Assembly (NCBI GenBank): GCA_051294375.1
Contig: CM119270.1
Span: 6,813,279 to 6,877,278, forward strand
Reading direction: 5' to 3'
Length of the DNA: 64,000 nt
Origin: Paraspadella gotoi
Taxonomy: Eukaryota; Animalia; Chaetognatha
The stretch's first letter is position 1. Every line of letters begins with the position of its first letter. Made by a program: the position numbers and the translations under genes. Below are positions 13,280 to 27,189 of this stretch, in pieces. The notes below the pieces were generated by a model. It saw nothing but the letters and a program-made list of their open reading frames with translations, had not been told where the DNA came from and made no database searches.

Positions 13280-13593
13280 CACGTGGGCACGTGTCGGCAG
13301 CGTCGGCAGCGACTGTAGTAGCAGTGCCGGCATTCCTTTGGATCATTGGCGCTTTCCCTCCGGTCGTTAACGCCTCCGTTCTACAGATGGCGCTGCACCG
13401 TTTCCACCTGTCGCTTTGACCGGAATTCTTAGCCACCTATTCTCTCATCAGACCCTTTCCCCTTTTCCTGCATCTGTTAGCGTCTGTAAGCATCTGCCGC
13501 CGTCGGTCATCTGTTAACTTCCATCTACATCTGTCAACCTCCATCTGCATCTGTCGGCATCTGACGAAGCGGATGATCGATGACCGGCATCTG
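13280..13593. promoter_or_regulatory. Candidate enhancer: dense E-box cluster in a CpG-rich island
   Basis: 8 x CATCTG in 13471-13593, plus CAGATG (13384), CACCTG (13405) and CACGTG (13280, 13288). Function is inferred only. Confidence 0.3.
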
Positions 13594-14332
13594 GTTTTCT
13601 GCTCGAATTCTGAAAAAAAATCTTGAATTCTCTAGATTTTGTGATTGGCGTTTTTGTTGTTGTCGGCGTCGATGATCATTTGGGTCGTTGTCGTTGTCGT
13701 TGTGGACATTGTCGTTTTCATCATTGTTGGTTACCCTTCGAAATATTTGCAATGCTTTCGCTTAACTTTTTAAATTAAACAATAAGAGCCTAAGCCTAAC
13801 CTTACATTATGTGCCAATGACTTTAGATTTCAGGATGTTTAATTTGAGAAATATTTTACATATTTAGAAACAAATCATTTTTTTTAATAATAAATATTGT
13901 TTCGTACTTTCTCTTTCTGGCATCCATGGAATCAGACCAGATGAAAAATGCAAATCGTTGATGTTGCGGTGCTAAAGCGCAATTTTTATATTAAGATTTT
14001 AACTTCGTTGTTAATGAATATGAAACTATGTAAATGAACTTGTAATAAAGTTTAAAATAGGAAATATTTAAAAACTCATACAGTATATTTATTTCTAAAA
14101 GAGTAATTTAATCACACAGAATTACTTGAAGATGAATAAATAGGCTCTCTTTTTCGTAACAAAAAACAGCAGATAATTAACACAATTTCCGATTGTATTT
14201 TACGAAACTATAGTTTCAAATACACAATAGAGAAAAGACAGAAAAGTTGAGTCGAAGTTCCCATTCGCTTCTCTTGAGTCTCGACTTCCAACTTATCTTA
14301 ATTAATTTGGAGCCGGAGCGACTCGTCTAATG

Positions 14333-14460
<128 letters not shown>

Positions 14461-14831
14461 TTTCCCATTTCCTTCATTTTTGCCATTCATTCGGAAATTA
14501 AGGTAAGTTATCCTCTGTTCCCTGGATGACTGACAACCGATTATCGATTCATTAGCGATTGTCATCCAGTTAAGTGACTCCTTCGGTGATCCATGATTCC
14601 TAAATGATTTAGTAATATTTTTCTGATAAACCTGTCTGCATCTGTTTAATACAAAATTAGATAATTACTACTTATTATTATTTTGTTAATTATTATTATT
14701 ATTAATTGGTTTGTTGTAAATATTGTCACAGAATTAATAGCTTAGATTTAATTCGGTTTAATGATAATTTACATGTCTTAAAATTCTAGTGAGACCATGA
14801 ATTTTTAACTTAATTAAAGAAACCTCCCACA

Positions 14832-14942
<111 letters not shown>

Positions 14943-15334
14943 ATTTCCCCCTTCCCTCTCCCTCCATCCATTTTGGATGTCCCCCCCGTTTCTCTCTCCC
15001 TTAGATAAACAAAAAAACATAATAAATAATCAAACAAAAGAATAAAATTCAATCTTCTTTCTCCCTCGCACGTTTTTACACATTAATTTCCTTCCGATAA
15101 TCGTTCCTCTTTTCCGAATGAGCTGCTTCTTCGTCGCATCAAAATTCAAACAAAATGCGAATTATGCAAATGAGGGGGAAAAAATTCGCTGAGAGAGCGA
15201 GAGGAAGAGAGAGAGAGAGNNNNNNNNNNNNNNNNNNNNNNNNNNNNNNNNNNNNNNNNNNNNNNNNNNNNNNNNNNNNNNNNNNNNNNNNNNNNNNNNN
15301 NNNNNNNNNNNNNNNNNNNNNNNNNNNNNNNNNN

Positions 15335-15366
<32 letters not shown>

Positions 15367-15803
15367 AAGAAAGATAGAGAGTGTCTTGACTTGTTGACAC
15401 CGTGTCACGATGTCATTATCTCATATCTAAGCCAGTGTAATTCTTACGAAAATTTTACATATTTTTTCAATGAATTTATATTAAATAATGCTATATATTC
15501 GTGAAACAAAACCAACAGACGCTGACCTAAAGTTAATTTATCATTGAACAATCTTTCGAAAGCTTGACAAGAAAATCAAGAAGACCGGTTGTTAGTTTTA
15601 ATGTTATCGTTTGAATCAACCCAGGACTATGTTTCTGGGTTTTAATGACCAGTGGAGAAAGGATTGAACACGTCATGAGATCATAAGAGAGAGAGAGAGT
15701 GAGAGGAAGAGAGAGAGAGAGAGAGAGAGATCACCACCGGAGCCGCACGCGAATGAAATAGCGGAACCATAACACCATGGAGTTTTTCATTCTCGTGTTC
15801 TAT

Positions 15804-15806
<3 letters not shown>

Positions 15807-15890
<84 letters not shown>
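15807..15890 (+). repeat. (CT)n microsatellite
   Basis: Perfect dinucleotide run. Confidence 0.97.
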
Positions 15891-15892
<2 letters not shown>

Positions 15893-15989
15893 AACGAATG
15901 ACGCGAGTGAAGCGAAGAGTCAGGGGACGACGCGACTTGGGTGTCACGCAATTAGCATCGACTCCGAGGCGACTGAAGGAGAATGACTG

Positions 15990-16573
<584 letters not shown>

Positions 16574-17399
16574 GGGCGATGATGGGAAAAGGGCTAAAAT
16601 ATTGCGGGATTCAGACGCCAGAGGGTTAAGCGCTGAATGGAGAGAGAGATATAGAGAGAGAGAGAGACTCCAAGAGGAAATTGGGGAGAAAAGTTAAAAT
16701 TGTTGAGAGATAAGAACAGATGATTGGAAGAGGAAGTAATAAAGTGACACAATTGAAAAGAAAGAATTATAACGAAAGATAGTTAGTAGACATTGTATTT
16801 CGATTTTCATTTCGTTGCGTAAATGATTAAGAGAAAACAAAGTTGTATTTGCTGCAAACAACGATATTTGACAACAACGATGAAGACTAGAAAAACAAAA
16901 TGTCCGTTTTTTTTGTGAAAAAATCGTTGTTTGCGACAAATAAAACTTTGTTTTCTCTTGTCAATGTCAGAGCAAAAAAACTCCTTGGCCCCCAAAGACA
17001 TAAATACATAATTGCACCATCGTCAAGACAACTTAAAGACAACCGTGACTACATGATCTTACCGTCACTTCACGGCAGTTCAATCAATCACCGCCAATGT
17101 GTAATTAAATATCGCGACCTCGTGAACTCACGTGGTCCTGGTGAAAGCCAGTCGAAGGAAAGAACGTTGATTGGAAAGGCCGCGCCTTTCCTCATACTCT
17201 TGGTGTAACCTGACCTGGTCCGCCTCCTAAACCCTTTAAACCTTGGCATTCGGCCTTACCTTTTTTCCCCGCTTTTCCCTCTTTTGGCTTCCACCATCCC
17301 CCCCCCAATCCACCACGCCCGGCCCACCATCCCCTTCGAGCGAACCAACGGCGTTTCCGTCATGCGTTCCGGAGGCAAAAAGGTGAAGAGCAAGATTCA

Positions 17400-19015
17400 G
17401 TGGATGCGAATTCGAGGAAAATCCTCGAGCGGAATAACAACGAGGAAGGGATCAATGGGAAGGAACGCACAACTAACTGTTAACAAAGTCTCCTCTCACT
17501 TGACGTCAAGGGGCTCTATTCTCTATCCTTTGGATGCGTCAAGACATGAGCGTTTTATCACCAACCTCGATCTTCTTCCTCCAGGATCAATTAAAAAAAC
17601 GCCAATGGCTTAATGAGCCGTCCGACGAATAATTCTAATCTATCACAACTTCATTGATAATCGTAATCTCAAATCCATGCCATTTCCCAGTTTTCTAATG
17701 AGACCTAATATATCTCTTTTATCCTGCTGCTTCTACCCCACTAACGACGTTGCGTACCCGCGCTCCCCCCCTGCTACGTGTAGCGAGTCTTCTTCCCCAG
17801 ACCCGCAAACTCAGTCCAATCATCCTTCGACTATGCAAATAATCAACCTTCCTTTCCCCCTAATCCGATGCCTTCCAATCCTTCAATGACGAATCCCTCC
17901 CAATCTCTCTCGTGGGTTTTCTTTGCATATGCACAGCGCTTCCACCGCCGCCAATCCGTACCATTTTTCTCCCATCGATCTCCCCTCCCGCCATCTGTCG
18001 ATCCCTTTTCCCCTTTTTTCCTCCCATCTATCCCCACCCTTCGTCCCTCCCCCCTTTCCGCTCACTCAATCCCCCCATTCTCTCTCGTTGCATCCCCTCC
18101 TTTTCTCCTTCCACTCCCATCGATCCTCCTATCCCCTATCTTCCTTCCATCGATCCCCTATCCCCCAATTTTTTCTACGAGACTCCCCTCCCCATCCTAT
18201 TCAAAACCCTCCCCGCTTCCCTTCCGTGTCTGCAAGTCCCTGCCTCGCTGTCCCCTTCCTCCTTTCTTCTATTGCTCGCCCTTCCATCCCTTCCTCCGAT
18301 GCTCTATACGCCTACCCCTTTCCCGTCCCTTCAACTCTACTCCCGCTCGATCCCTCATTCGCCCATTCTCCTGCCCATCAATTAAACCAAATCATTCCTC
18401 CTCGACTTTTCCTGTTCCCACTTCCTCCTGCCACGATCCCCCCCCCCTCGCATATCCCTGCCGCATCAATCCCTCGCCTCCTCGCTGCCTGCCATCGATC
18501 CCCTCCCATCAATCCCCTCCCCCCTTNNNNNNNNNNNNNNNNNNNNNNNNNAGGGATTGATAAAGAAAAACCACGAGAGAGAATGGGAGGGGATTCGTCA
18601 TTGAAAATTGGAAGGGATCGATTGGGGAAAGGAAAGGTTATTGATTCGAAGGAGATTGATTGATTCGGGGTTGGGGAAAAGATCAACGGAAGGGGGGGGG
18701 GCAGTTAGTGGGGAAGAGGGAAGGTAAAAAAATATATTAATTAAACTGGGAAATGGAATGGATTAATGAGATATCGATATTAATGAGTATTGATAGATTA
18801 GATATTCGTCGGACGGCTATTAAGTTGGGTTTTTTTTTTTAATTGATGAGGAAGATAAGATCGAGGTTGGTGAATAAAAACGCTCATGTCTTGACGCCCC
18901 AAAGGATAGAGATTAGAGAACCCTTGAGTCAAGTGGAGAGGAGAAACTTTGTAAAGTTAGTTGTCTTCTTCGTCGTCGTCGTTATCATCGTCGACGGTTT
19001 GACGCTGGATTCGAT
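17400..19015. repeat. Inverted duplication: ~17400-17935 vs 18552-~19015, next to a 25-N gap
   Basis: GAATCCCTCCCAATCTCTCTCGTGGGTTTTCTTT (17891) is the reverse complement of AAAGAAAAACCACGAGAGAGAATGGGAGGGGATTC (~18562). CGTCAAGACATGAGCGTTTT (17537) pairs with AAAACGCTCATGTCTTGACG (18877). Confidence 0.88.
17965..18526 (+). repeat. Degenerate C-rich minisatellite built on CCATCGATCCCC
   Basis: ATCGATCCCC, ATCAATCCCC and ATCTATCCCC variants recur within a pyrimidine tract. Confidence 0.6.
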
Positions 19016-19332
19016 GTATCATTAGGTTTCCAAAACACATCTAAGCTTTGTTTTTTTGTTGTTTTTTTTCATGTACAAATTTTATGGATATACGTTTTGT
19101 CTTTTTTGTTTGTTTTTTTTCGAATGATAAATGTATATTAAAGGATTAGGGGGGGAGGAGGAGGAGGAGGAAGAGGAGGAGGAGGAGGAAGAAGAAGAAG
19201 AAGAAAAAGAAGAAGAAAAATAGATGAGAATGAGATGAGGAATAAACGTATGAGTTGAGGGACGCGAGAATTAAATACGAGTTGAGAGGACGAGGGGTCG
19301 ACACAGTCGATCCGAGATGTGAAGGAGTTGAA

Positions 19333-19367
<35 letters not shown>

Positions 19368-20285
19368 NNNNNNNNNNNNNNNNNNNNNNNNNNNNNNNNN
19401 NNNNNNNNNNNNNNNNNNNNNNNNNNNNNNNNNNNNNNNNNNNNNNNNNNNNNNNNNNNNNNNNNNNNNNNNNNNNNNNNNNNNNNNNNNNNNNNNNNNN
19501 NNNNNNNNNNNNNNNNNNNNNNCTCTCTCTCTCTCTCTCTCTTTCACTTTCTATCTACATATTCCAACAATAGAGTCTTCGGCCGAGAGCGATTGAACCG
19601 AGAGAAAAGAGAGAGAGGGGCGAGACTACAGTGAGGAAAGAGAAGAAAAGTGGAAAGAGAGGGAAATAGAGAGGGAGAAGGGAACAAAAGCAAAGAAAAC
19701 TAAGTTATTTAATGTAATGCTGATTGCTGAGATAGTTGTCCTCCCAAGTGTCTTTTTATTGAGCTAAAAAGTCAAAACAGACATGTTGCGCATTATATCT
19801 TTTATTCTGAAAAGAAATTATTTAATAATTTTTATTTCTATTTCTAGTTTCTTTGTTTTTTACCTAAACTTTTTGTCTTTATGTTCATTATTCATTTTCC
19901 AATGCATTAAATTATCTAAATTACAAAGAATAAATTATATAACGCCAAATACTACGTATTTTAACAACCGTCTCCCAAAAAAAACTTTTTTATCGCTAAT
20001 TTATTCTTAGTTCCAGCACTCTTGTTTTACATCCCAAATTTCCTTTCATCAAAAACTCTTCATTCACCTTCTCGAGCGATTTTCTCACCTTCGTTAGCCT
20101 TTTGTTTGCCTTCCGCTGTCTTTTGTTGACCTTTATAAGCCATAAACAAACAATCTCAGCCTTTGTTTTTCATTTTCATCTTTTTGTTTTGTTTCCCTAC
20201 TTTCGCTCGTCATCCTTTCGCTTCTCTCCTTCTCTCTCTCTCTCATTCTCGCGTCATGGAGTTGTCACTGTGTTTCTCTTAACTT

Positions 20286-20380
20286 TTTTCTTTTCTTTTC
20301 TTTTCTTTTCTTTTCTTTTCTTTTCTTTTCTTTTCTTTTCTTTTCTTTTCTTTTCTTTTCTTTTCTTTTCTTTTCTTTTC
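20286..20380 (+). repeat. (TTTTC)n microsatellite
   Basis: Perfect pentanucleotide run. Confidence 0.97.
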
Positions 20381-22105
20381 TCCCTTTTTTTCCTATTCCT
20401 CAATTTTTTTTTCCTATTTTAAAAAATCACAAATAATGCGACGATTTCCGATCCCCATCAGTCGACGGTTTCCCTTCTCGCCTTTCCTTCTGCTACGCAA
20501 TCCCTTCCTTTTAGAACTACTCTTCTCCTCCCTCCCGCTACTTCACCCCAAGGTCCACCCCCCCCCTCCCCCCCCCTCGAAACCCGTTTCCTCGATTTGG
20601 AATATTTTCATAGAAATTCCATTCTCGCCGTCGGCGTTGGGCTTTTTGCCTTCCAAACCCAGTTTCGGCCCGAAAACTTTTACCCTTTAAACCTTTCGTC
20701 GCAACTTGGAAAGAAACTTTGTGAACAGTAGAGTCGCCGTGAGATTTGGCGTGAAAAAAAAAAGAGTATCGCAAAAATAACGCCCGCATTCATTTCGACC
20801 TCGTAAAATTTTTAATGGTATATCTAATACATTTTCTATTTTATAAACTTAAATCGCGATGAGCACTGAGCAAAAGTTAAACGCTATATAATTAAAATTA
20901 GCGTACAATTATTTCTTTTTAGCACCTTTTTTTTTAAGCTTTCCTGAAGCCCAATCTACGTCCCTTTGTTTATTTCCCCATCGCTGATCGCTCTACGGTT
21001 TGGCCTTCCCACCCCCCTTCCACTCTCCCCCTTGGCCTTCCACTCCCCAAACCCCCGGGTTTTCTGACGGCCAAATGATTTATTGCTTTTTAGAAAATGC
21101 ATAGAAACGCAACCCGAGGATTAAGGTTGGCGGCGGCGGAAAAAAACAGGGAAAAGGAGAAAAGAATAAAGAGATGAAGATGGAGAGAGAGGGAATGGGG
21201 GGAGAACGAGAAGAGATAGAGAGAGAGAGAGAGAGAGAGAAGAGATGAGACTGAGAGAGACGAGAGAGAGAGAGAGACAGGAAGGAAGGAATGAGAGAGG
21301 AAAGGAATGAAGGAAGGAAGGAAGGAAAGAGGAAGGCAAGGAAGAAAAAAAGGACGGAAGAAGAAAGGAAGGAAGGAAGGAAGGAAGAAGACATTTAGTT
21401 AAAAAAGAAAAATTTTAAAAAATTAAGGAAGGAAAGAATGAAAAGATAAAAAAAGGTAGAAAGGTAGGACGAAAAGAACAAAGAATAGTAAAAAAAAAAC
21501 AAGAAGAAGAGGGAAAAAAATACTACGAAGATTCGGCGAGGATAAAAGGAATATGATAAGGAAAAAAAAGGGAGAAAAGCGATGAAAAGAAAAGAAGAGA
21601 AAAAGAAAAAGAGAAGGGAGCATTGGCCTCCTTCTCTCCCAGGGATTTGTTATCGGCGTTCCGCTCTTAACCTGCTCTCTCATCGGGTTAGTCGGAAAGA
21701 AAAAAAAAAGGAACAAGGTTATTTTTATCTGTTGTCATCCCATCGGGTTATATTTACAAATAAGGGATTGCAACGATAGTTATTTAGTTGGTGAATAAAA
21801 TAAAAGAAGATTTTTATTACAAACGAAAATCTTTCATTCGAGAAAGAAGTCTGCGAAGGTTTTATGAGGAAAATAGGAGCGACATTATTTATCCGATCGT
21901 TTTTTCAAGGTGTACTATATAATCTCATATCTATGTCCTTTTCTGATTTCTTTACTTAGTAAATCAGCACAATTTATTAATTATTCAAACTAGTTACTAA
22001 CAAACAGAACTGCCAATGGATGTAAGAAAAATTAATACGGAAATCTAAGGCGACAAGGGTGAAGGAAACCCTTGTCTCTCGAAGCCCTCGTCCCATTCAT
22101 CTCCG

Positions 22106-22136
<31 letters not shown>

Positions 22137-22245
22137 TTCTCCTTTCCATCACTATCCAGGTTGACAAATAGAAAATTTAACGACAGTTTTTCTTCGACGT
22201 CTGTTGTCGTTTTGTTGAGACTGAAGCCAAGTGGTCGGGGAAGTT

Positions 22246-22286
<41 letters not shown>

Positions 22287-22468
22287 AATGGTCGGTGTTG
22301 GTCTTTATCTGCCACCATTAAAGAAGACTTTTCCATTCGTAGTAATCGGCATTAGTCCTCGTTTCCATCGTCGTCGTCGTCGTTATCTACTGGATCATTG
22401 TCGTCGTCGTCGCTGTTGTTTCTTATCAGTTGTGTCGTTGGTCATTATATAACTTTACTTTTATCGTT

Positions 22469-22547
<79 letters not shown>

Positions 22548-22890
22548 ACATCATCATCATCATCCACATCCTTTTATGGCCACTGTCATCATTGACCTCC
22601 TTCTCCCTGTTGTCATTTTCTTTGTCGTCATTGTGTTCGTCGTCGTCATCGTCGCCATCGTCGTCTTTTTCGTCGTCGTCGTCATCGTCATCATCTTCCT
22701 CGTCTTTCTCTTTGTCAGCGTCGTCGTCTTCGTCATCGTCGTCGTCTTCTTCGTCGTCGTTGTTGTCTTCCTCGTCTTCTTCCTCCTCCTACTCTTCGTC
22801 GTCGTCTTTCTCGTCTTCATCCTCGTCCTCTCTTCCTCCTCCTCTTCGTCGTGGTCGTCGTCGTCATCGTCGTCATTATCGTCGTCGTCT
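22246..22890 (+). repeat. Compound trinucleotide tract: (GTC)n 22246-22284, (CAT)n 22469-22564, degenerate (GTC/TTC/ATC)n 22620-22890
   Basis: Directly visible trinucleotide runs. Confidence 0.93.
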
Positions 22891-22959
22891 TCCTTCTCGG
22901 GGAAAAACGATTACCGAGGATTTGACTTGGGAAAAACTGATTGCGCCTCCAGGAGAGAA

Positions 22960-23100
22960 AGCGGCGGTGGTCTTGATGGGGCGGCGGCGGTTTGGGGTTG
23001 ATGGAGCGGCTGTATAAAGGTGATGGAGCGGCGGTGTGGGGGTGATGGGGAGCCGGACCAGAGAAGACGAGCAGTTGCGGTCGCCTTGATGGAGTGGGAG
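22960..23100 (+). repeat. Degenerate G-rich ~21-24 bp repeat (TGATGGAGCGGCGG)
   Basis: TGATGG(A/G)G(C)GG variants occur at ~22974, 22999, 23021, 23044 and 23087. Confidence 0.6.
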
Positions 23101-24237
23101 TTGGTGAGGTGTGGATTTTAAAATTAAGGCGGAGAATAAAAGTTACCAATTTGTACAACCAATATAAAATTATCCATTCATTTAATAAATTTAAGAAATC
23201 TTTCCCCTTTGGACAGGGTTTGGTTTTAAGGCTTTCATCAAGTTATTATTTTACCGTAAGAATCAATTACGTAGTTTAAAATAGTTAAAAATCCTCGAGA
23301 TGATTCACCGAACAAAATCCGCTATTGCCGAACTAATCCTCTTTTTTTCACAATGGGAGGTGAACGGGAATAAGCAGGCTGAACAGGAAGGAGAGAAAAA
23401 GAAGAAAAGGAGAGATGAAGTTGAAATGAAGCTGAAAATAGTTAACGATAAATGTTAAGGACATAAAAAGTACAAAACTGACGAAAAAAAGACAAAAAAT
23501 TATGCTCACACATGACAATGAAAATGACTAAGACAAAGAAAGTGATAACAACGAGAAGAACGAGTACAGCAAAAGACAACAACAACAACAACAACTGGAG
23601 ACGATGAAAACGTCACCGACGACTTGAGCGCCATCTGCGGCGATGACGACTTCCACGCGCGCGACCATGGAAAAAAAAAGTGACAGTTTTGACGTCTGTA
23701 AATAAGCAACGATGACGACGACGACGACGACGATGACAGCGACGTTTTAAACGAACGAACGGCGACTATGAGAATTAAAACTGTTCTTTTATTTCTTTTT
23801 TTTTACTGCGCGAGTGAGAGAAAGAGAGAGATGAGAGAGCAGAGAGAGAAGGAGAAGAGAGGAGGTGAAGAAAGGGAGAAGAGAGAGTAGAGAAGGAGAG
23901 ATCGAGAGAAGAGAGAAAGAGGGAAGAGAAAGAGGGGAAGGTGGAGAGACGCGGGGACTGAGGAGGGGGGATATAAAGACGGAGAGAGAGAGACAGAGAG
24001 AGAGATGTCCTATAAAGACGGGCACAATTCCCGACTAAACTTAATTACAGTCGAGATACAATTTACAATAACCGGGATTACATTAACCTTTTCTCTATTT
24101 AAAATTAAATCGGCTAATGGAATTTCCTCTTTCCTCTCACTGTTTCCTGTTCATTAGTATTTTCATCTGTTCGGCGATGGAATTAAAAATTCCCGTCGGA
24201 GAAATTAAAAATCAGGAAACGCCTTCGGATCCGCGAA

Positions 24238-24274
<37 letters not shown>

Positions 24275-24279
24275 CTCTC

Positions 24280-24332
<53 letters not shown>

Positions 24333-24832
24333 CTCTTTCACGTATCACGAACAGGGTGTGGTAATCATGGATGAGAGTCGTCGCTTGTACCGTTTGATGT
24401 AAACGTGGTTTTCATGTTGATGATAATGAAAAAGGTAATGATAATAATAATGATAATTGTTCTGATGTGAAAAGAGATTTTTTGGATGACACGAAAAGAA
24501 AGAACAAAGTTATTACGTCGCATCCCGGTGGTTTCTATGACGTCGAAAACTATAAACCCAAAGCCAGGGGCAAGATAGCCTATTTATTGAATGAATGGAT
24601 AATTTTTAGATTGCTTTTACCAATTTCATAATAATTTCATTTGTATTCTGATGCTAATGCGGAGTACAATATAGTATTCCCCGATCTAACATCTATGGGA
24701 GTGGTCTTTTCATACAACTGAAACATTCATTGATAGGGAAGCGAAGTACTCTGGGACCAAAGCCTGTCCAAAGTCAGGGGCTTATTTATTGAAAGAATGG
24801 ATAATATTTATATTGGTTGCAACAATTTCACA

Positions 24833-25280
24833 AAGATGATAATGATAACGAAATAGAGGAAGATGATGACATCAAAAACTTTGAAGATGATACTGATGAT
24901 AAAATAATTGACGATGATGCCGACGGAAACTTAAAAGATGATAATGATGACGAAATATTAGAAGATGATAAAGACGAAAGATATGACGATGATAAGAATG
25001 AAAAATATGACGATGATGAAAACATAAACAATAACGATGATGAAGACAAAAAATATGACAATGATAATGAAGATAAAAAAATATGACGATATTGAAAACA
25101 TAAACTATAATGATGATGAAGACAAAAAATATGACGATGATGAAAACATGAACTATAAGTTGACGAACATGAAAAATATGACAATGATAATGGGGATGAA
25201 AAATATGACTGTGATAATGAGGATAAAAAATATGACGATGATGAAATCATAAACTATAACGATGATGAAGACGATGAAAT
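24833..25280 (+). repeat. (GAT)-derived minisatellite with ~21-24 bp subunits (AAAAATATGACGATGATGAA / AACATAAACTATAATGATGATGAAGAC)
   Basis: Recurring AAAATATGAC..TGAT..TGA units, with frameshifts between units. Confidence 0.8.
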
Positions 25281-25424
25281 CCATAAGGACGACGGAGGCG
25301 ACGTCGGCGGCGAAAACCGGAAACGCGGAACGAACGTGAATAATTAGACAGATATGCATATGGGCCGAGATTCCATGGGTTGCATTCCCTGTTGATGATG
25401 GCCCCGTTATGGGTTGGAGAGACG

Positions 25425-26170
25425 GGGAAGAGGGAGGGGAGAGGAAGGAGGTAGGGAGGAGGAGAGGAGAAGAGAAGTAGGGAGGGGAAGGAGAAGAGGG
25501 AGGGGAAATGAGGTAGGGAGGGGAGAGAGGAGAAAGGAAGTAGGGAGGGGAGAGAGAGGGGAGGGGAGGAGGTAAGAGGGAGAGGAGAGGGGAGGGGAAG
25601 GAGGAGAAGGGGGAGGGCAAGGAGGGAGATGAGAGGGAGGAAGAGGGGCAGGAGGAGGAGGGAGGGGAAGGAGGAAGAGGGAGGAGAGAGGGAGGGAGAG
25701 AGCGGAGGGGGGAAGGAGGTAAGGATCGGAGGGGAGAGAGGAGAGGGGAAGGAAGTAGGAGGGGAAGAGGAGAGGGGGGAAAGGAGGGGTGGAAGGAGGA
25801 GCAGAGAGGTGAGAGAGAGGGAGGGGAAGGAAGAATAGGGAGGGGAAGGAGGTAGGTCGGAGGGGAGAGAGGGGAGAGGGAAGGAAGTAGGGAGGGGAAA
25901 GGAGGTAGTTGTCGAGGGGAGAGGAGGAAAGGGAAGGAAGTAGGGAGGGAAGAGGGTAGCGTCGGAGGAGGAGAGGAGAAGGGGAAGAAGGTAGGGAGGA
26001 AAGGGAGGGATGGCAGTTCGGGCGGAGGAGAAAGGAGAGAGGGAGGCGTAGGGGAGGGGAGGAGGGTCAGGCGGGAAGGAGGTTGAAGCGCAGGAAGAGA
26101 GGGAAGGAAGGTAGCGTGAAGCGCGCTGAGGCGGAGAGGGCGGGGGGAGGGGAGGGGAGGGGGGGGGGAG
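25425..26170 (+). repeat. G/A-rich low-complexity tract (GGAGG/GTAGGGAGG motifs)
   Basis: Almost exclusively purine, with repeated GTAGGGAGG and many GGG runs. Confidence 0.85.
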
Positions 26171-27189
26171 GTGTCGCGTATCGGTAGGATGTCCGGAGGG
26201 CGGAGAGGGGCGGCGAAGGAGGCGGAGGCAGGGCAGAGGCTCATGGGTAGAGATAGGAAGCGGAAAGTGAGAAATATAAAAAATATAAAAAAGAAAAAGC
26301 CAAAATTAATTAATAATAATAAAAGAAAAGCTAAAAAAGAAAAAAAGTAATAAAAGTGCGGAAAGAAAGAAACCAACGGGGGTATGTAACAATTCGGTAT
26401 ACATCGAGAAATAAAGAAAACAAAGAGAGGGAGAAAAAGGAGAGAAAGAAAGAGAGACATATAAAGAACAAAAGGTAACTGATGAATCTCCCTGCCCAAA
26501 AAAAAAAAGAGTTTAGGAAGAAGAAACAAGTGCATCAATATTCGTCGCACCTGCGATCGAGAGGCCAAACAGCAAAGAGGCGGGGTGGAGGATGAGGGGG
26601 AGAAAGAAGGGGAGGAAAGGAAAGTAGAGGAAGGGAGGAAAGGGAGGAAGATGGAAGGAGAGGGAAGGAGAGGGAGAGGGATGGAGTAAGGAGAAAAAGG
26701 AGGGATGAGGATAGGAGAAGAAAGAAGAAGGAAGAGAGGAAAGGGAGGAAAGGATTAAAAAGGAGGGAGTATATAGAGAGAGAGAATATAAAGAGGAATA
26801 AAAAAGATTCGGCTGTTTGAGATATTCAAGTTAGACAATAATCTCTATCGACCTGAACTTGTTTCTGATGAGGAAGTCGATTTTAAGACTAATGATTCTA
26901 CTCCTAATGTCATCCGTTAATGAGATACCTACCCGGGGGTCGATACTAAAGTGAGATAATAGGGAAGGACTGAGAAGCGATATATAAAAGAAAATAGAAA
27001 GAGGTTTGAAAAGTAAATAAAGAGAGAAGGAGGAAGGAAAATGAGGAAAAGAAGGGTCTAGAGGGGCTTGGGGAAAAGAGATGTGGAAAAAGAAAAGAAA
27101 GAGAAGAATAGGAGGAAAAAGGCGGCGGGAAAGGGATGGGTCAGAGAGGGGCAGTAGAAAGAGATAAGAAAGGGAAGGAAGGAATTGAA

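Noticed and set aside
16614-16630. piggyBac-like end (…CCAGAGGG|TTAA)
   Set aside because: No matching opposite terminus was found in the window.
17868-18686. 230-aa and 246-aa Pro/Ser-rich ORFs
   Set aside because: C-rich low-complexity sequence that is open in multiple frames and runs through an N gap.
22231-23158. Poly-Ser/Ile/Val/Arg ORFs
   Set aside because: Trinucleotide microsatellites are open in several frames at once, and there is no coding signature.
25153-26568. 471-aa minus-strand ORF
   Set aside because: It is a P/S/L/F translation of a purine tract that lacks stops for compositional reasons. No domain is recognisable.
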